The translations under genes and the position numbers were made by a program. A stretch of DNA of 64,000 bases from a virus. Taxonomy: Duplodnaviria > Caudoviricetes. The notes under the pieces are model-generated. The model searched no databases and was not told where the DNA came from. It was given only the letters and a program-made list of their open reading frames with translations. Below are positions 1-13,000 of this stretch, in pieces. Every line of letters starts with the position of its first letter. Positions within the stretch are counted from its first letter, which is position 1. Location: the IMG/VR virus record IMGVR_UViG_3300021255_000062, positions 61,901-125,900 of that record, one strand, 5' to 3'.

Positions 1-2
1 CT

Positions 3-62
3 TTTAATTATGGAAAACAGAAAGAAGTCGAAGAAAGATTCAGACATAGTGATAAATTATGA
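3..62 (+). CDS. nrdD: Anaerobic ribonucleoside-triphosphate reductase, C-terminal fragment
   Basis: Frame from nt 3 reads FNYGKQKEVEERFRHSDKL*, a typical NrdD C-terminus; the stop overlaps the nrdG start (ATGA). Confidence 0.85.
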   Translation, partial: FNYGKQKEVEERFRHSDKL

Positions 63-547
63 ATAGATATAATACAATAATTAAAAATGACATCGTAAAC
101 GGAGAGGGAGTTTGTGTCTCCTTCTTCGTTCAGGGGTGTCCACATAGGTGCAAGGGATGTTTCAATCCCGAAACATGGAATTTTGAAAGCGGAAAACCAT
201 ATACTGAAGAGACAAAGAAAGAAATTATTGAAGCTATCTCAGCAAATGGCATACAACGAAATTTTTCGGTCCTTGGCGGTGAACCATTAACATTATATAA
301 TTTAGAAATGACTGAAGATATTGTCCGTTCAGTGCGCGCGGCCTATCCAGACATTAAAATTTATTTATGGACGGGATATTCTTTTGAAAATGTATCACAT
401 CCAGATATTTTTAAATATATAGATGTAATAATAGATGGAAAATTTGTTAAAGATTTAAAAAATTTAAATTTAAAACTACGTGGAAGCTCTAACCAAAGAA
501 TTTGGACTAAAGACGAGGATGGATTTTGGAAGGTACAAAATGATTGA
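59..547 (+). CDS. nrdG: Anaerobic RNR activating protein (radical SAM)
   Basis: NGEG..VSFFVQGCPHRCKGCFN (CxxxCxxC), GGEP and RGSSNQR motifs. Confidence 0.95.
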   Translation: MNRYNTIIKNDIVNGEGVCVSFFVQGCPHRCKGCFNPETWNFESGKPYTEETKKEIIEAISANGIQRNFSVLGGEPLTLYNLEMTEDIVRSVRAAYPDIKIYLWTGYSFENVSHPDIFKYIDVIIDGKFVKDLKNLNLKLRGSSNQRIWTKDEDGFWKVQND

Positions 548-746
548 AGATATTACTAAAGTTAAAGTTACGAAAATAGAAAAGATTTGCGAGATCCTTA
601 AAGATAATAAAGTTGAAGAAACTTCTTTTGAATTTGTTATTGGAAGCTTGTTTCCTAAGGTCTATGAAAATATAAAAGAAGAACTTAGACGGCAATATAC
701 TCTTGGATATACTGCTGGGTTAAAAAATATTAAAACGCCGAATTAA
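540..746 (+). CDS. Hypothetical protein
   Basis: ATG overlapping the nrdG end; followed by a terminator. Confidence 0.6.
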   Translation: MIEDITKVKVTKIEKICEILKDNKVEETSFEFVIGSLFPKVYENIKEELRRQYTLGYTAGLKNIKTPN

Positions 747-760
747 TTTTCGGCGTTTTA
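731..760 (+). terminator. Intrinsic terminator
   Basis: AAAACGCCGAA-ttaatt-TTCGGCGTTTT inverted repeat. Confidence 0.75.
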
Positions 761-764
761 AATT

Positions 765-793
765 TTGACAAAAAAATTTTTTTGTGATATAAT
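765..793 (+). promoter_or_regulatory. sigmaA-type promoter
   Basis: TTGACA-17-TATAAT followed by ATATATAGAAA, an extension shared by many promoters in this window. Confidence 0.85.
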
Positions 794-837
794 ATATATA
801 GAAAGTAAGAAATAGGATATAAGGCTAAGGAGATTAT

Positions 838-1581
838 ATGAATTTTAAAAGTACTGAGGTTTTTAACTTTGAAGGAGCGATAAGAGGGATGAGAAATCCT
901 CTTAATTCATGGAACAAAAGTGATAGTTTTCAATGTAATGGTAAAGAATGTCACTTTGAACAATGCTCGGAATACAGCAAGGCAATAGAAAAAGGTTGCG
1001 ACAAAATAAGTAAATACATTATAGGTAAAAAAGATTTAGGATTGGCTCAAAAATTGATTAAGTCAGGACCAGAACACGCAAAATTTCTACGACAAATTTT
1101 TGTAAGTGTTGATATAACTGCACCACTTTATTGGTGGAAGGAAGCAGATACTTACAAAGTAGGCACAACTGCAAACTCAACTTCTACAATGCACAAATTA
1201 ACATCTTATCCAATTACAAAAGAGATGTTTGAATTAGATGATTTCTCCAATATGGACTTTTATGTTGATGATAGTGGAGATGGAAAGCCAATTATGTGGT
1301 ATATAAATGATGATATAGAAGATTTTATTTGGTTTTTAGAAAGTTTACGTCAAAGATATTTAGAAACAAAGAATAAAACTTACTGGCGCGCACTTGTACA
1401 GTTGCTTCCACAAGGTTGGTTGCAAACTCGGACATGGACGGCTAATTATGCAATATTAAGAAATATATACTTTCAACGTAAAAATCATAAATTAAAAGAA
1501 TGGCATCAATTTTGTGACTGGATTAAAACACTTCCATATAGCAAAGAGCTAATCACTCTAGGAGATGAAAATGAAAGTTAA
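838..1581 (+). CDS. ThyX-like (flavin-dependent thymidylate synthase family) phage protein
   Basis: EHAKFLRQIFVSVDITAPLYWWKE...STSTMHK...LLPQGWLQTRT...QRKNHKLKEW; the canonical RHR motif is absent. Confidence 0.7.
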   Translation: MNFKSTEVFNFEGAIRGMRNPLNSWNKSDSFQCNGKECHFEQCSEYSKAIEKGCDKISKYIIGKKDLGLAQKLIKSGPEHAKFLRQIFVSVDITAPLYWWKEADTYKVGTTANSTSTMHKLTSYPITKEMFELDDFSNMDFYVDDSGDGKPIMWYINDDIEDFIWFLESLRQRYLETKNKTYWRALVQLLPQGWLQTRTWTANYAILRNIYFQRKNHKLKEWHQFCDWIKTLPYSKELITLGDENES

Positions 1582-1822
1582 AGTTTTTACTAAAAATCAA
1601 AATGATAAAATTGAATTCACAGAAGATGAATTACGAAAATTACTTGATGAAATTTATAACGAGGGGTATTTAGATGGAAGAAAAAATAATTATATTTATA
1701 CTACCCCATATACTCATACATATCCATATACCGTTCGTTCAACTTCTACATCTGCTACTTCAGTAGATTGTTCAAATGAATTAAAAGCTACACTTAATAC
1801 CGAAGGAGAAATAAATAAATGA
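1565..1822 (+). CDS. Hypothetical protein
   Basis: Coupled ORF in the operon with SD. Confidence 0.65.
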   Translation: MKMKVKVFTKNQNDKIEFTEDELRKLLDEIYNEGYLDGRKNNYIYTTPYTHTYPYTVRSTSTSATSVDCSNELKATLNTEGEINK

Positions 1823-2040
1823 GATTAATTGAAAAAACAGAAAAATATGTCGTAGACAGCGAAAATGAAGCTATTGAGTTAATAAAGACATCAAAAAAAG
1901 ATGCTGAGGAAAAAAATTATACCCTTGGTTCTAGCGGTTATACTTATAAAACTAAAAAAGCAAAAGGCGAAATTATCGGAGAAGCTTGGGTAGTTTCAAT
2001 TAAAAAAATACTTGGCGGAGTGTGGGATGATTATGAATAA
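1819..2040 (+). CDS. Hypothetical protein
   Basis: Coupled ORF with AAGGAG SD. Confidence 0.65.
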   Translation: MRLIEKTEKYVVDSENEAIELIKTSKKDAEEKNYTLGSSGYTYKTKKAKGEIIGEAWVVSIKKILGGVWDDYE

Positions 2041-2920
2041 TGAATTAAATAACAAAGAAAAATCCATGGAGCAATTAGAAGAACTTTATAAAAACAATCC
2101 ACAATTTGCAGAAATGCTTGGCGGTTTAGAGGTTTTTAGTACCTTATTTGAAATGAATGAGGAAGATTTTATTAAAATTGCTCCATCAATTTATCAAATT
2201 TATAACGAAACTCTTAATGAACCCGCCACAGAAGCAGAATTTTCTACTTTGTTTGCATCTGGACAGTGGCAAATAGATGATTTAGAAAAGGAAGTTAATA
2301 TTGCCTACCTCGCCATTGATGATATAGAAGAATTAGAAAGTGTAAAAAAAGATTTCTTTAAAAGATTAGTTTCAACACTTGCTAATAAAATTAGAGAAGT
2401 ATATCATCGTAAAGCAATAGATATTCCATGTGAACTTAGCAACAATGTAAAACTACCTACCTATGCTAGACCAGGGGACGCGGGGATGGATATTGTTTCG
2501 CCGGAAGAATACACAATTAACCCAGGAGAAACAGTGATAATTCCGACTGGAATTAAAGTTGCAATCCCAGAAGGTTATGCAATTCTTATACAGCCGCGCA
2601 GTGGTCAATCAGTCAAAACAAAACTTCGAATTGCAAATAGTCCAGGGCTTATTGATTCAGGATATAGAGATGAAATTGGAGTCATTGTTGAAAATATTGA
2701 CCCACCTTTTAAAGACATAGATTATGAATTTGACAATAATGGAGAAATTCATATTAAATCTATTCTCCACGGACAACCTTATACTATCGCCAAAGGACAA
2801 AAATTCGCTCAAATGAGATTAGTAAGAGTGCCGACAATTAATTTTGTAAAAGTAGATTCGGTACAAAATATTGGAGAAAACCGTGGCGGAGGCTTCGGAC
2901 ATACTGATTTAAGTGAGTAA
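2033..2920 (+). CDS. dut: Trimeric dUTPase with acidic N-terminal extension
   Basis: AGMDI, QPRSG, GLIDSGYRDEI, AQM and RGGGFGHT motifs in the C-terminal ~170 aa. Confidence 0.9.
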   Translation: MNNELNNKEKSMEQLEELYKNNPQFAEMLGGLEVFSTLFEMNEEDFIKIAPSIYQIYNETLNEPATEAEFSTLFASGQWQIDDLEKEVNIAYLAIDDIEELESVKKDFFKRLVSTLANKIREVYHRKAIDIPCELSNNVKLPTYARPGDAGMDIVSPEEYTINPGETVIIPTGIKVAIPEGYAILIQPRSGQSVKTKLRIANSPGLIDSGYRDEIGVIVENIDPPFKDIDYEFDNNGEIHIKSILHGQPYTIAKGQKFAQMRLVRVPTINFVKVDSVQNIGENRGGGFGHTDLSE

Positions 2921-3644
2921 AATTAAAATAGAAGATATAAGAAAGGCGGCGATAGAACATAATTGGACTTTACTTTCAGAAGAATATAAGAATTTAGATT
3001 CTGAATTAATATTTCGATGCAATGAAAGCCATAAAATTTATTTACCTTATAAAAAGGTAAGAGATAAATGGGAGTGTCCAATTTGTAAGCAAAATCAATA
3101 TAATAATTTTTCAAATGAAATAATACCTAAGAAAAAATCTACTCAGCGTACAATTGGTCTTGATCAAGCGACACATATAACAGGATATTCAATTTTCGAT
3201 GATGGAGAATTGGTTTATGCGGGAATTTTTGAAACTTGTGAAGAAGATGAAATATCTCGTGATATAGAAATAAAAAATTGGTTAATCCAATTGATTCAAA
3301 ATTGGAAACCAGACATAGTTGCATTAGAAGGAATACAACTTCAACAATTTAATAATAAAATGATAGGAGTTACAACTTATCAAACTCTTGCTAGATTACA
3401 GGGAATACTTATGGCAACTTGTCACGAACAAAAAATTGAATATGTAATTGTGCCGCCTGCTACGTGGCGCGCACACTGTCAGGTGAAGGGTAGAACCCGC
3501 GCAGATAGAAAGCGTTCAATGCAGATGAAAGTAAAGGAATGGTTTGATATAACTGTTTCTGATGATGTAGCTGATGCAATAGGTATTGGTAAATACGCAA
3601 ATGATAAACATAGAAGAAAAATAGAAATATTTAATTGGGAATAG
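2913..3644 (+). CDS. RuvC-like Holliday junction resolvase with N-terminal zinc ribbon
   Basis: IGLDQAT..TGYS, VALE and DDVADAIGIG motifs; N-terminal C..H/CPIC. Confidence 0.8.
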   Translation: MSKIKIEDIRKAAIEHNWTLLSEEYKNLDSELIFRCNESHKIYLPYKKVRDKWECPICKQNQYNNFSNEIIPKKKSTQRTIGLDQATHITGYSIFDDGELVYAGIFETCEEDEISRDIEIKNWLIQLIQNWKPDIVALEGIQLQQFNNKMIGVTTYQTLARLQGILMATCHEQKIEYVIVPPATWRAHCQVKGRTRADRKRSMQMKVKEWFDITVSDDVADAIGIGKYANDKHRRKIEIFNWE

Positions 3645-3653
3645 GGGGTTATT

Positions 3654-4040
3654 ATGATAACTATTACAATGAAACAAGTCATTGATTTTAGAAATAACGA
3701 GGAATTTCTCACTAGGGCTAATCTTCCTTTGAAAGGTGCATATAAAATTAATAAAATTAGGAAGGCCCTTGAAAAAGAAGGGGATTTTTATTCTACCAAA
3801 TTTCAAGAAATTATTAATACGTATGCGAAAAAAGATGAAAATGGAGAATTAATTTTTAGTGAAGATGGAGAACAAATTATAATTCAAGATGATAAAATTG
3901 AAGAGTGCAATCAGGCTCTTGTAGAACTTCAAGAACTAAAAATAGAGGTTGATAACTATAACTTAACTATTGATGATTTAGGGGAAGATTTAAAATGCAC
4001 TCCTGATGAATTAGAAGCATTAATGCCATTTTTGAGTTAA
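3654..4040 (+). CDS. Hypothetical acidic phage protein
   Basis: ORF with SD ending at a bidirectional terminator. Confidence 0.7.
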   Translation: MITITMKQVIDFRNNEEFLTRANLPLKGAYKINKIRKALEKEGDFYSTKFQEIINTYAKKDENGELIFSEDGEQIIIQDDKIEECNQALVELQELKIEVDNYNLTIDDLGEDLKCTPDELEALMPFLS

Positions 4041-4043
4041 TTT

Positions 4044-4077
4044 AAAAAGAGGTCGTTTTATAAACGACCTCTTTTTT
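4044..4077. terminator. Bidirectional intrinsic terminator
   Basis: AAAAAGAGGTCGTTT-tat-AAACGACCTCTTTTTT between convergent genes. Confidence 0.9.
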
Positions 4078-4078
4078 A

Positions 4079-7000
4079 TTATCTAAAATTTCGTACTTGA
4101 GCTACATTCCTATAACCAGCACTTTTAACAATTTCTTTTTTAACCTTTGTTATAATTCTGTTTACGTCATAATCATCAGCAATTTTATCAACATTAATAT
4201 TTATATTAAATTCACTGTTGGCATAAGAATTATTACTTGAATTGGTTGATCCAATTACTTTGCTCAATATATCTCGAAGTGCTATAAAATTTTTAGTATC
4301 TGTTGAATTAAGTACCAATTCTGGTTTAGATGGAGTACCATCAAGCCAAGCAGGACCAGTATAATTCGCTAAACCACCTGTTGCAAATTTTAAAGCGGTA
4401 GCATTTTTATAATTTTTATGTTTTTTAATCTCAGCATAAGTATTAGGATTATTTTTCAAAGTCTTGATTGCACTAGCTAAACTTCCATTTCCATCCGGCC
4501 ATGTCTTGACTAAATTATACCTATCAATTCCTTCGGCACCTAAAATAGCTTTAAAAATATTATTCCAAGTAAATGGATCAGAACCACCTGTTCCATCAAC
4601 TAAATGCTGTAAGACGGAAGCTTTACCATAGCCTGCCTTTGATCCTAAGTCAAATAAATCATTAATATGCTCTTTCTTTACACTTGCTGGTTTAATTTGT
4701 TTTACTTCTCTTAATTTATTAATATAAGCATCATATTTAGCCTGTTTATCAGCAGCGGCCTTTGCAGCAGCGGCTTTCTCTGCCGCTTCCTTTTCTGCTT
4801 TTGCTGCGGCCGCAGCCTTTGCAGACTCATCAGCTGCCGCCTTTGTTTTTTCAACAGTAGCCTCGGTATATCCTCCCTTTTCAAGCTCATCCAAAGTGAA
4901 ACCTGCGGATTTTGCATTTCCATAAGATACATTTCCTGATTTAAAGGCTGAAGCCCCAAAACCTGCTTGTTTAATTTGTTGGTAAGAATAGCCCGATTGT
5001 TGAAAATCATTAACAGTATATTTACCTACCGTACGTAAATCACTCAAAGAAGCGCCATATATCTTTTGCGCTTGTGCAGCAGTATATTTATCTTGTTTTG
5101 CCGTTGCCAAGGTTTGAGTTTGTTGTTTTACATAAGTTTCAATAGTTGATATAATACTTTCTATGCTTTGGATTTTTGTGCCCAAATCATTTTGTTTCTG
5201 TTGGTTGGTTATTAAACCATTATAGAATTCATTAAATTCTGTTTCAATTTGCTCTCGTTCAGCTTTAGTAACTTCATCGTAATCATTTTTTGAATAATAG
5301 GCAGCACGAATTTCTTCCCCAAAAGCTTCCGGATTTGCCATCCACTCATTAACTTTTTCTATATTATTAACAGAATCAACTAATGTTTCTTGTAACTCAA
5401 TTTGACGTTCTCTCTGCTCTGCCGCGAGATCGGCTTGCTGTTGAAGTTTATCTAATAATTGATCTTCAAGAGAAGTTTGATAACTTTGTTGTGCTTCAGA
5501 GATTTCTTTTTCTAACTGAGCAATTTCAACTTGATTTCCTCCAGAAGTATCAGCACGTAATGCCGCTAATCTTTGCTGTTTCTGACTAATATCTCGTTCA
5601 GTTTTGGTATTCTCCTCTTGCTTTCTTCGCTCGTCAAGTTTTCCTTTAACATCATCTAAAAGTTTATTTAATGCTTCTTTAACTGAATCAGATAATTGTT
5701 TGATTTTATCTATTTTTTCTTTTTCATAGGTTTCACTTATTTCGGTTAGTTCTTTACCATAGTTTGCCCATTCATCCTGTAAAGATTCAAGTTGAGTATA
5801 ATATTCGGTAGCTTCTTTTGTAAGCTCTTCATAATTTTTCTGCAAGTCGGTGCTAGCTTCTTGTAATTTCTTCACCCAATCTTGTACGGCTTTAGCCATA
5901 TCACTGGTAATATTACCATTTGAACGTTCATTTTCAAAGGCTGTGGTATCAAACTGTATATCAATAGTGCCATCAGCTCGTTGAGTTATATTAGTAAACC
6001 TACGAGCCATATCTTCGGCAGACAGTTGTTTTTCAAGTTCTTCCTTATACTGCTTGTAGCCTGCTCGCTGAGTTTCATTTAAGGCAATACCACTTGCAGT
6101 TTCATTATATTCCTGTTGTAATTTGTTAATTTGATTTGCTAAGGCTGTATTATCGTTAATGGTTTTATTGTAATCAGTTATCTGTTTTTTCAGATTGTTT
6201 TGTTGAGTTTTTAAATTCTTGAGTTCTTTTTTCTGAGCCTTAGAAAGTTTTTTCTTCTTATTTAATTTATTAATTTTTTCTTGAACCTTATCAAGATTAG
6301 CTTGAGTAACTTCTCTATTCTTTACCGCATTATCATAATTTGTTTTTGCTTGTTTAGCTTGGTCAAGTTTAGCTTTTTTATTAGCTTTTTGAGTCGCTTG
6401 TGCATCTGCATTTAGTCTACTATTTACATCGGCTAAGAATTTCTTTTCATCTCCCGAATTTAAAATATTTTGTAGATTCTGTTGGCTCGCAGCGATTGCA
6501 TCTTGTCTATCTTCTAATAATTGATTTTGGGTTTCTAATTTACTTCTAAAATTAGTTAAATCTTTACTTTTTGAACCAGCCCCCGCAGCTAATTTTCCAG
6601 TAGAAAGCTGAGCCTTTAATAATTCTTCATAAGCATCATTTCTACTCATACGAGATTGAGCTTGGTCAATCCTTTGAGTTATATTCCAAATTCTAGTTAA
6701 CTCATTTTCCCAAGCAAAGAAAGTATTGTATAACTCTTCGCTAAACTTTTCAAGCGCCTCTTGAGCTTTCTCAATGTTATCTTCAGCGGTGTTTCTCTTT
6801 GAAATTCTATCATTGATTTCTTTATTAAGTGCATCTCTTAAGGCTTTACGTTCATCTTTGTTTTTAACCTTATTAAGCGCGGCTTGGTCAATAACATAAG
6901 TACCGTCTTGCTCTTTTATATAGCCAGCAGTAGCAACAGTTTTATTAACTGTTTTCTTTTTCTTGCCGCCCTTACTATAAGAAATTTGAACTGCTCCGCC

Positions 7001-10000
7001 TTCTTCAGCATTAAAAGCATCTTTATTAGCATTTTTCTTTTTAGCTTGTTGCGCAGCAGTACCTTTATCTAAATTAGTTAATTCTTTTCTAGCTTGATTT
7101 AACTGATCGGTATATAACTTAATTGCTTTTCTTGTATTATCAATAAAAGCATTACCGCCGCCAGTTGTGCCAGTAGTTTTTAATGTTGCTCGAAGTTCTT
7201 TAAGATATTTTTCGTAGGTTTTTTGATTTTTATCTGCTCTACGCTGCGCAGCATCGGCTAAACGTGTGATGTTTTCCCACCATACAACGATGTTAGAGAT
7301 TGCTGCTACGTTAGCTGCATCTTTCGAACTTCCGGTACCTTTTTTACTACTTTTACTCTTTTTAGATTTTTTACTGCTTTTACTACTTTTACTGCTTTTA
7401 CTACTCTTATTAGTACTTTTTGAAGGCTTGCGCCGCCCGCTATGAGAACCAGCATCAATACTTTTTCTCTTAAGTATATCCTCAGACTGCTCGTGTGTAT
7501 ATACAACAGCATCTTCGGGCAAGGTGATCATCTGAGGTCCACCAACACCCAAAATCATAGAACGATTCTCTGATGGAAGCCAAGCAATTTCATAGCCTTT
7601 TTCACCAGTTAACGTTAAACCACCCTTGTCTTTTGGCCCAATAGTACCATAAGGTCCTCTAGCAGCTGAACCAAAGGTCGGAGCAGAATGATATTGAATA
7701 TGATTATTTTTACCAGTTGCAGCCTTAGTAATTTTAACAGATTTAGTCCAAGGACCTCTAAAATCCGCAGTAATAGGAACTTTTAAATGGGGTACTTTCG
7801 ATTTTAAAGCATTCAAAGCATTTCTAGCACCGTTGTCTATTGCTGTCGGTATTTTTATAAGCTTAGCCTTTATAGAATTAATTGTATTTTGTGCGGTATT
7901 TGTAGCTTTAGTTTGAACAGTATGTGTAGATGTCGTATTTTTTGGTTGTGATGTCTGTTGTTTAGTTTGTTTTTGTTGCTTTGATTGAGTAGTTTTGGTT
8001 GTTACGTTAGTAACAACACCACTTAATTTAACTGGTTCACCAGAAACTTGACCATTTTTTTCTATCTTAGAAATAGAACCCTCTACGCCTTTTATTTTTT
8101 TCGCTTCATCCGCTACCTTAAGCGAGGTAGCTTCAACAAGAGCTTTAACAGTTGGCCCTTGTTTATTTCCACCAAATAATTTGCTAAGAGGATTTCCTTT
8201 CTCTTGCTCGCCAAATTCAAGTTTTCCTATAACAGAAACTGTAGGTTTGGTTGCAGGTTCTATAGTTTCTATTACATTTCCAATAATGTCCATTGTTCCA
8301 GTTCCAGGAATCTTAAGACCACCCGTTCCTCCCGTTCCTCCTGCCATCGTACCAACGGGAGTAATTCCTCTGGCTCCAGTTCCAACACGACCTACTGAAC
8401 CACTATTCTTTTTAATACGTTTTGTTTGATCGGCGTTCCAAACAACGGCATCTTTAGATATGTTAGCAAATTGCGGGCCATTAGAGCCGACCATATAGGC
8501 TTCATTACGCTTTGGCTCCCATACAAGTTCTTCTCCTTCTTCTCCAGTAAGGGTTGGACGTCCAGAAATTGTATATCCACCACGAGAGCCTCGTGCCATC
8601 GTGCCTGTTCGATGGAAAGCAGAATTGGGATTGTTTTGACCTGAAGCCTTTGCCGACTGTACACCACTTTTTACGTCTGTAATATTTGCGGTGGCATTGA
8701 TTTCAAAAGTTGTGTTTTTTAACTGATCCTGTAATGCTTTTTGGTTAAGAGTGACATTTCCCTCTTTTCCGGTAAGATCTCCCTCTTTAAATTTAGTACC
8801 AAGTCCATCATTGATGGCTTTTCTCATACTTTCGGGATCTATCTTCCATTCGTTCATTTTATTGACTATACCATTGATAGCATCACGTTGCTGAGATTCG
8901 TTTAGATTAGAAAGTTCTTGTCTATGTTCGGCTAAGTATGAACTTACTGCATTAGCAATATCTTTTCCAGTAGCTTCTCCGTTCTCTTCTTTGGTTTTAT
9001 TGTATACGTTTTGTAGTCCTTTATCATTAACATTATTCGCACCAAAAGTAAAGCCCGGTCCAAAAAGTTGGGAAGAGGTTGTTTGATTTAGATTAGATTC
9101 TTCGGATTTTTTTATTAATGCAGACCAATCAATTGATTTCATGGCATTAACAATTTGATCACCAATGGTTTGTCCAACTGTAACCCACTGGCTAGATTCG
9201 GTCATAGAGCTAATTTGTTCTTTAAACTCTTCAAGATTTAAACCCTCATCTAACCTTTGTCCTTCATAAGAAAAATCCTTTTTTGCATTTTGAGCTTGCT
9301 CATAAGCTTTATAAGCCATTTGAATGGCCTGCTCGTCATCCATACCCCTTTGTTTTGCATCGGATTGTACTTTTGAAATATCAAATCTTTTATTTTCATC
9401 TAAAAATTGTTCTTGTTTATAAAGGGGCTTTCCTTTAAAAACTTTTTTCTGATATTCACTAAATAATTTATCGTAATTAGTTATAGCCTTTCCGTCTTTG
9501 GTAACTTGTAAAGCATGAGCTTTTAATGCATCTACAGAAGTACCCGCAGCTGCAGCTAACTCTGCTAAAGCCTCCTCACCACCAGGAGCGCTTTCAATCA
9601 TTTCTATCTCACTGTTTGATAAAACTAATTTTCCATTCGTATCCTTATGTTCGTCTTTAAAATCATCTGTCGTAATAGCCTTTTTTAAATCATTGGCTGC
9701 TAACTTTGTCGCTTCAGTTTCATTATAATTTAAAATATCTTGTAAAAATAGCTTGGCATACTCTTCAGAAACTCCATAAGCTTTTTGGAAATAAGTCTCC
9801 AACTCATCGGTAGTTAACTCACCAAAATTCCATTGCATAAATCCATTCTTATCCCAACGGACCCTAAGGTCTTTAAATTTATTTCCGAGTGTTTCACTTA
9901 TCTCTTTTTCACTTACGGCTTTATCTATATTACTAATAATACTTTTTCCATTTATTCCTTTTTTAGCCATGATATCATCATAAGCTGCTTGGAAACCATT

Positions 10001-13000
10001 TTCAAATTTTGTAACATATTGATCTAAATCTTGAGTAGCTAATTTTACATCACCGTGACGCCTATTAATAGCTGCAGTCCAACGATCTTCGCCCGCGGCC
10101 AACTTAATATAATTTTGGAGTTGTTCATTTCCCCATTCGTTATTGGCCATATATTCTTTGACAGCCTTAGCATTTTCTTTAACAAAATCTTCGCCTTCAC
10201 CAGTATCAATTCCGGCATCAAAATTTTGAATAATATTATGAGCTTCTAAAGCAACATCCTTTAGTCTATTAATACTGCTTAATAATTTAAGCATAGACTC
10301 ATTCAGGGTAGAAAATTTTCCAGATTCAATACCATTTAATGCCGCTGCTAATCCATTTGCTGAAACTTCTCCGCTGTCTAGTAAAGCCTTAAGAGAACGA
10401 CTCTGCTCAGCTGCCTTTAAAATGCCGGCACCGTCAATTTCTCCTACCGCATTTTTAAAATCATCTGCGTTTTCTTGAAGTTCGGTCCAGTCGCTACCAA
10501 GAAATTCATCAAAGGTATCTCCCAAAAGATTGGCCCCACTTGCAGTTTCTCGCATAGTCTGTCCCATCTCTTGCAAATCTTCATCACTGGAATTGATTAA
10601 TTTTGTATATGTTTCTAAACGTGATGCAGGAGACTCCCAGGTAACTCCCTCAATGATATCATTAAATTTTTGAATCTGTTTTTCATCACCAGATATGTAT
10701 ATATCAGAAGCTTGATCCAAAAAGGTTCTCATAGCTTCAGGACCGGCACTTTCATCTAATTTCTTTCCGATGGTAGCTAAAGTATTAACCTGCTCAGAAC
10801 TCATTTTATCCAAATAATTCTGAGCAATTTCTGTAGCATGGTCTTGTCCCTTTTCACCATCTAATTCAGAACGATCAAATTTAGAAGTTGCAAGCATTGC
10901 TCCCAAGTCTTCATAGGTTTGTCTTTCTGTATCTAGAATTGCTTGCGCGCGATCCTGAACCCAATCGCCCAATTCTTTTCTATATTTATCATCAGAAGCA
11001 TTAGTAACCTCTTCTGGGCTAACTCTCATCAAAGCAGCGACTTCTTCATTTTTTAGTTGACTAATGGCCTCCGACAATTGACCGGGATCGCCAACAATAT
11101 CTTTAAGTGCGTCACGATCAACATCAATATTACTACTTAAGATATCAGACAATAAACTACCAGAATTTTCATAAGTTCCCTTTAGTCCTTCAGAAAATTT
11201 TCGATCAATAGTATCTAATACATCATCTAAATTTGAGCCATCTACATTAAAATCTGTTAATACACTAATTTTTGGAAAGGCATCTTTTATAGTCTTTTCA
11301 TAATCTATCTCTTCTCCGTTTTGATCAGTTACTTTTTTTGAAACCGCGTCATAATTATATCCGTAAAAATCTGCGTATGCTTCTTTTTGCTTTTCTTTAT
11401 TAACAAATTTTGCTTCAGCCTCAGCTTGCTTAAGTGCTGTGTCATAAGTATTAGCATAAATACCAGCAATTTTATCTCTTCGTCCTACTTCTACTTCTGT
11501 AAGAGAATTACTAATTGCCTGTTGGTTTGCCAAATTCTCAGCATTCTTTGCACTATCTTCATAAAGTTTAACCTCTTTTTCTAGGGTCTTTACTCTTTTT
11601 TCCTCTTCAGCGGTTAAAGTCTTTTCAATTTTAACATTATTTATCGCGGCCGCTGGATTGGTTGGGCCAGTAATTTGATTAATTTTATTTTGGCTACGTT
11701 CTGCTTCCTGTCTATCTTCTTCAGCCTTTAAACGAGCACTTTGAAGAATATTTAATGCTGAAGCATTGCCAACCCTTTGTGCCTGCTGTTTTTTGATAAA
11801 ATTGACGCCCTCTTCATTTATATGTTTTAATCCATTTTTATCTGTAGATAAATATTTAGGATTATTTAATTCAGGATATTTTAAAAGTAATTCATCAATT
11901 TGATGGTTAGCCTCAGTTAACTTCTCATTAAATTCAGCAGTACCAGCAACCAAACTTTCAAAAGCTTCTTCATTAGTTTTAATTTGTTCTAAGGAATCAT
12001 TCAATTCAGAAGACTCTTGTTTTAAAGAATTATAAGCATCTGAAGCGGTTTTGGCGGTATTAGTAAATCTTTCCATTCGCTCTGCATCTGTTTCTATAGC
12101 AGCATCAAGTGCTTTATATATAACTATTGCAGCACCTATAACAGCAATAATAGCTAAAAGCGGAACCATGGTACTCCGAATACTCGTAGCAAGAGCTTTA
12201 AAAGTATTACCTAAAGTTAAATTAGTCCCCGCCTGAACTATCTCTTCACCAGTGAGCTGTTGAGTCGCAGCGGCATCTAGTTGTTTAGCCAAAGCGTCTG
12301 CTCTTGCGGCTTCAAAATTCTTAATAAAGCCTGTCGATAGCGCCCCTAGGGTTGTACCTAAAGTTGTCATAACCGATCCAATCGCCGAAAGCATTCCACC
12401 AAATGGCCCCATTTTTGCGCCGACTTGTTGAAGAACTATTCCCATTTGTGTTAAACTGGTTGTAAAAGTACCAGTTTTTTGAGTCAAACTATCTAGCCTA
12501 CTCTCGGTAGGTTTCATACTGTTAAAAATACCCTGGGCTTGTTCTGGAGAGAGTTCTCCATTTTGAACCATTCCAGTTAATGTAGCAGTAACTTTTGTTC
12601 TTTTTTGAACTGTTAATTCGTCATTTCCAATCTCATTTTTAATTTTTGTTTTAACTTGTTCATCTAAATCTAAAGAATCTATATGCTCTAAAACAGTATC
12701 AACATTTACTGGTTGCTTTGCAGTTAAAGGTGCCATCGCTCTGCTAGATAACCTTTTCTCAACTTTATCGCGATATGCCTGTTGTATTTTAGCCTCATCT
12801 GGTCCCGCATTGACTCCAAAACCGCTCGTAAAATTTTTTCTAAAATTTCCTTCGTTACTCCACCAACCAGCGCCTGCCATTATTGATCCACGAGTAAACT
12901 TTTTAGCAAAATTTAATCCAGCTAAAGTTGCCCCCAATGTTAAAAATGACTTGGTAAAACCTTTCATCGGTCCAGTTACACGACTTAAAGTATCAATAAT

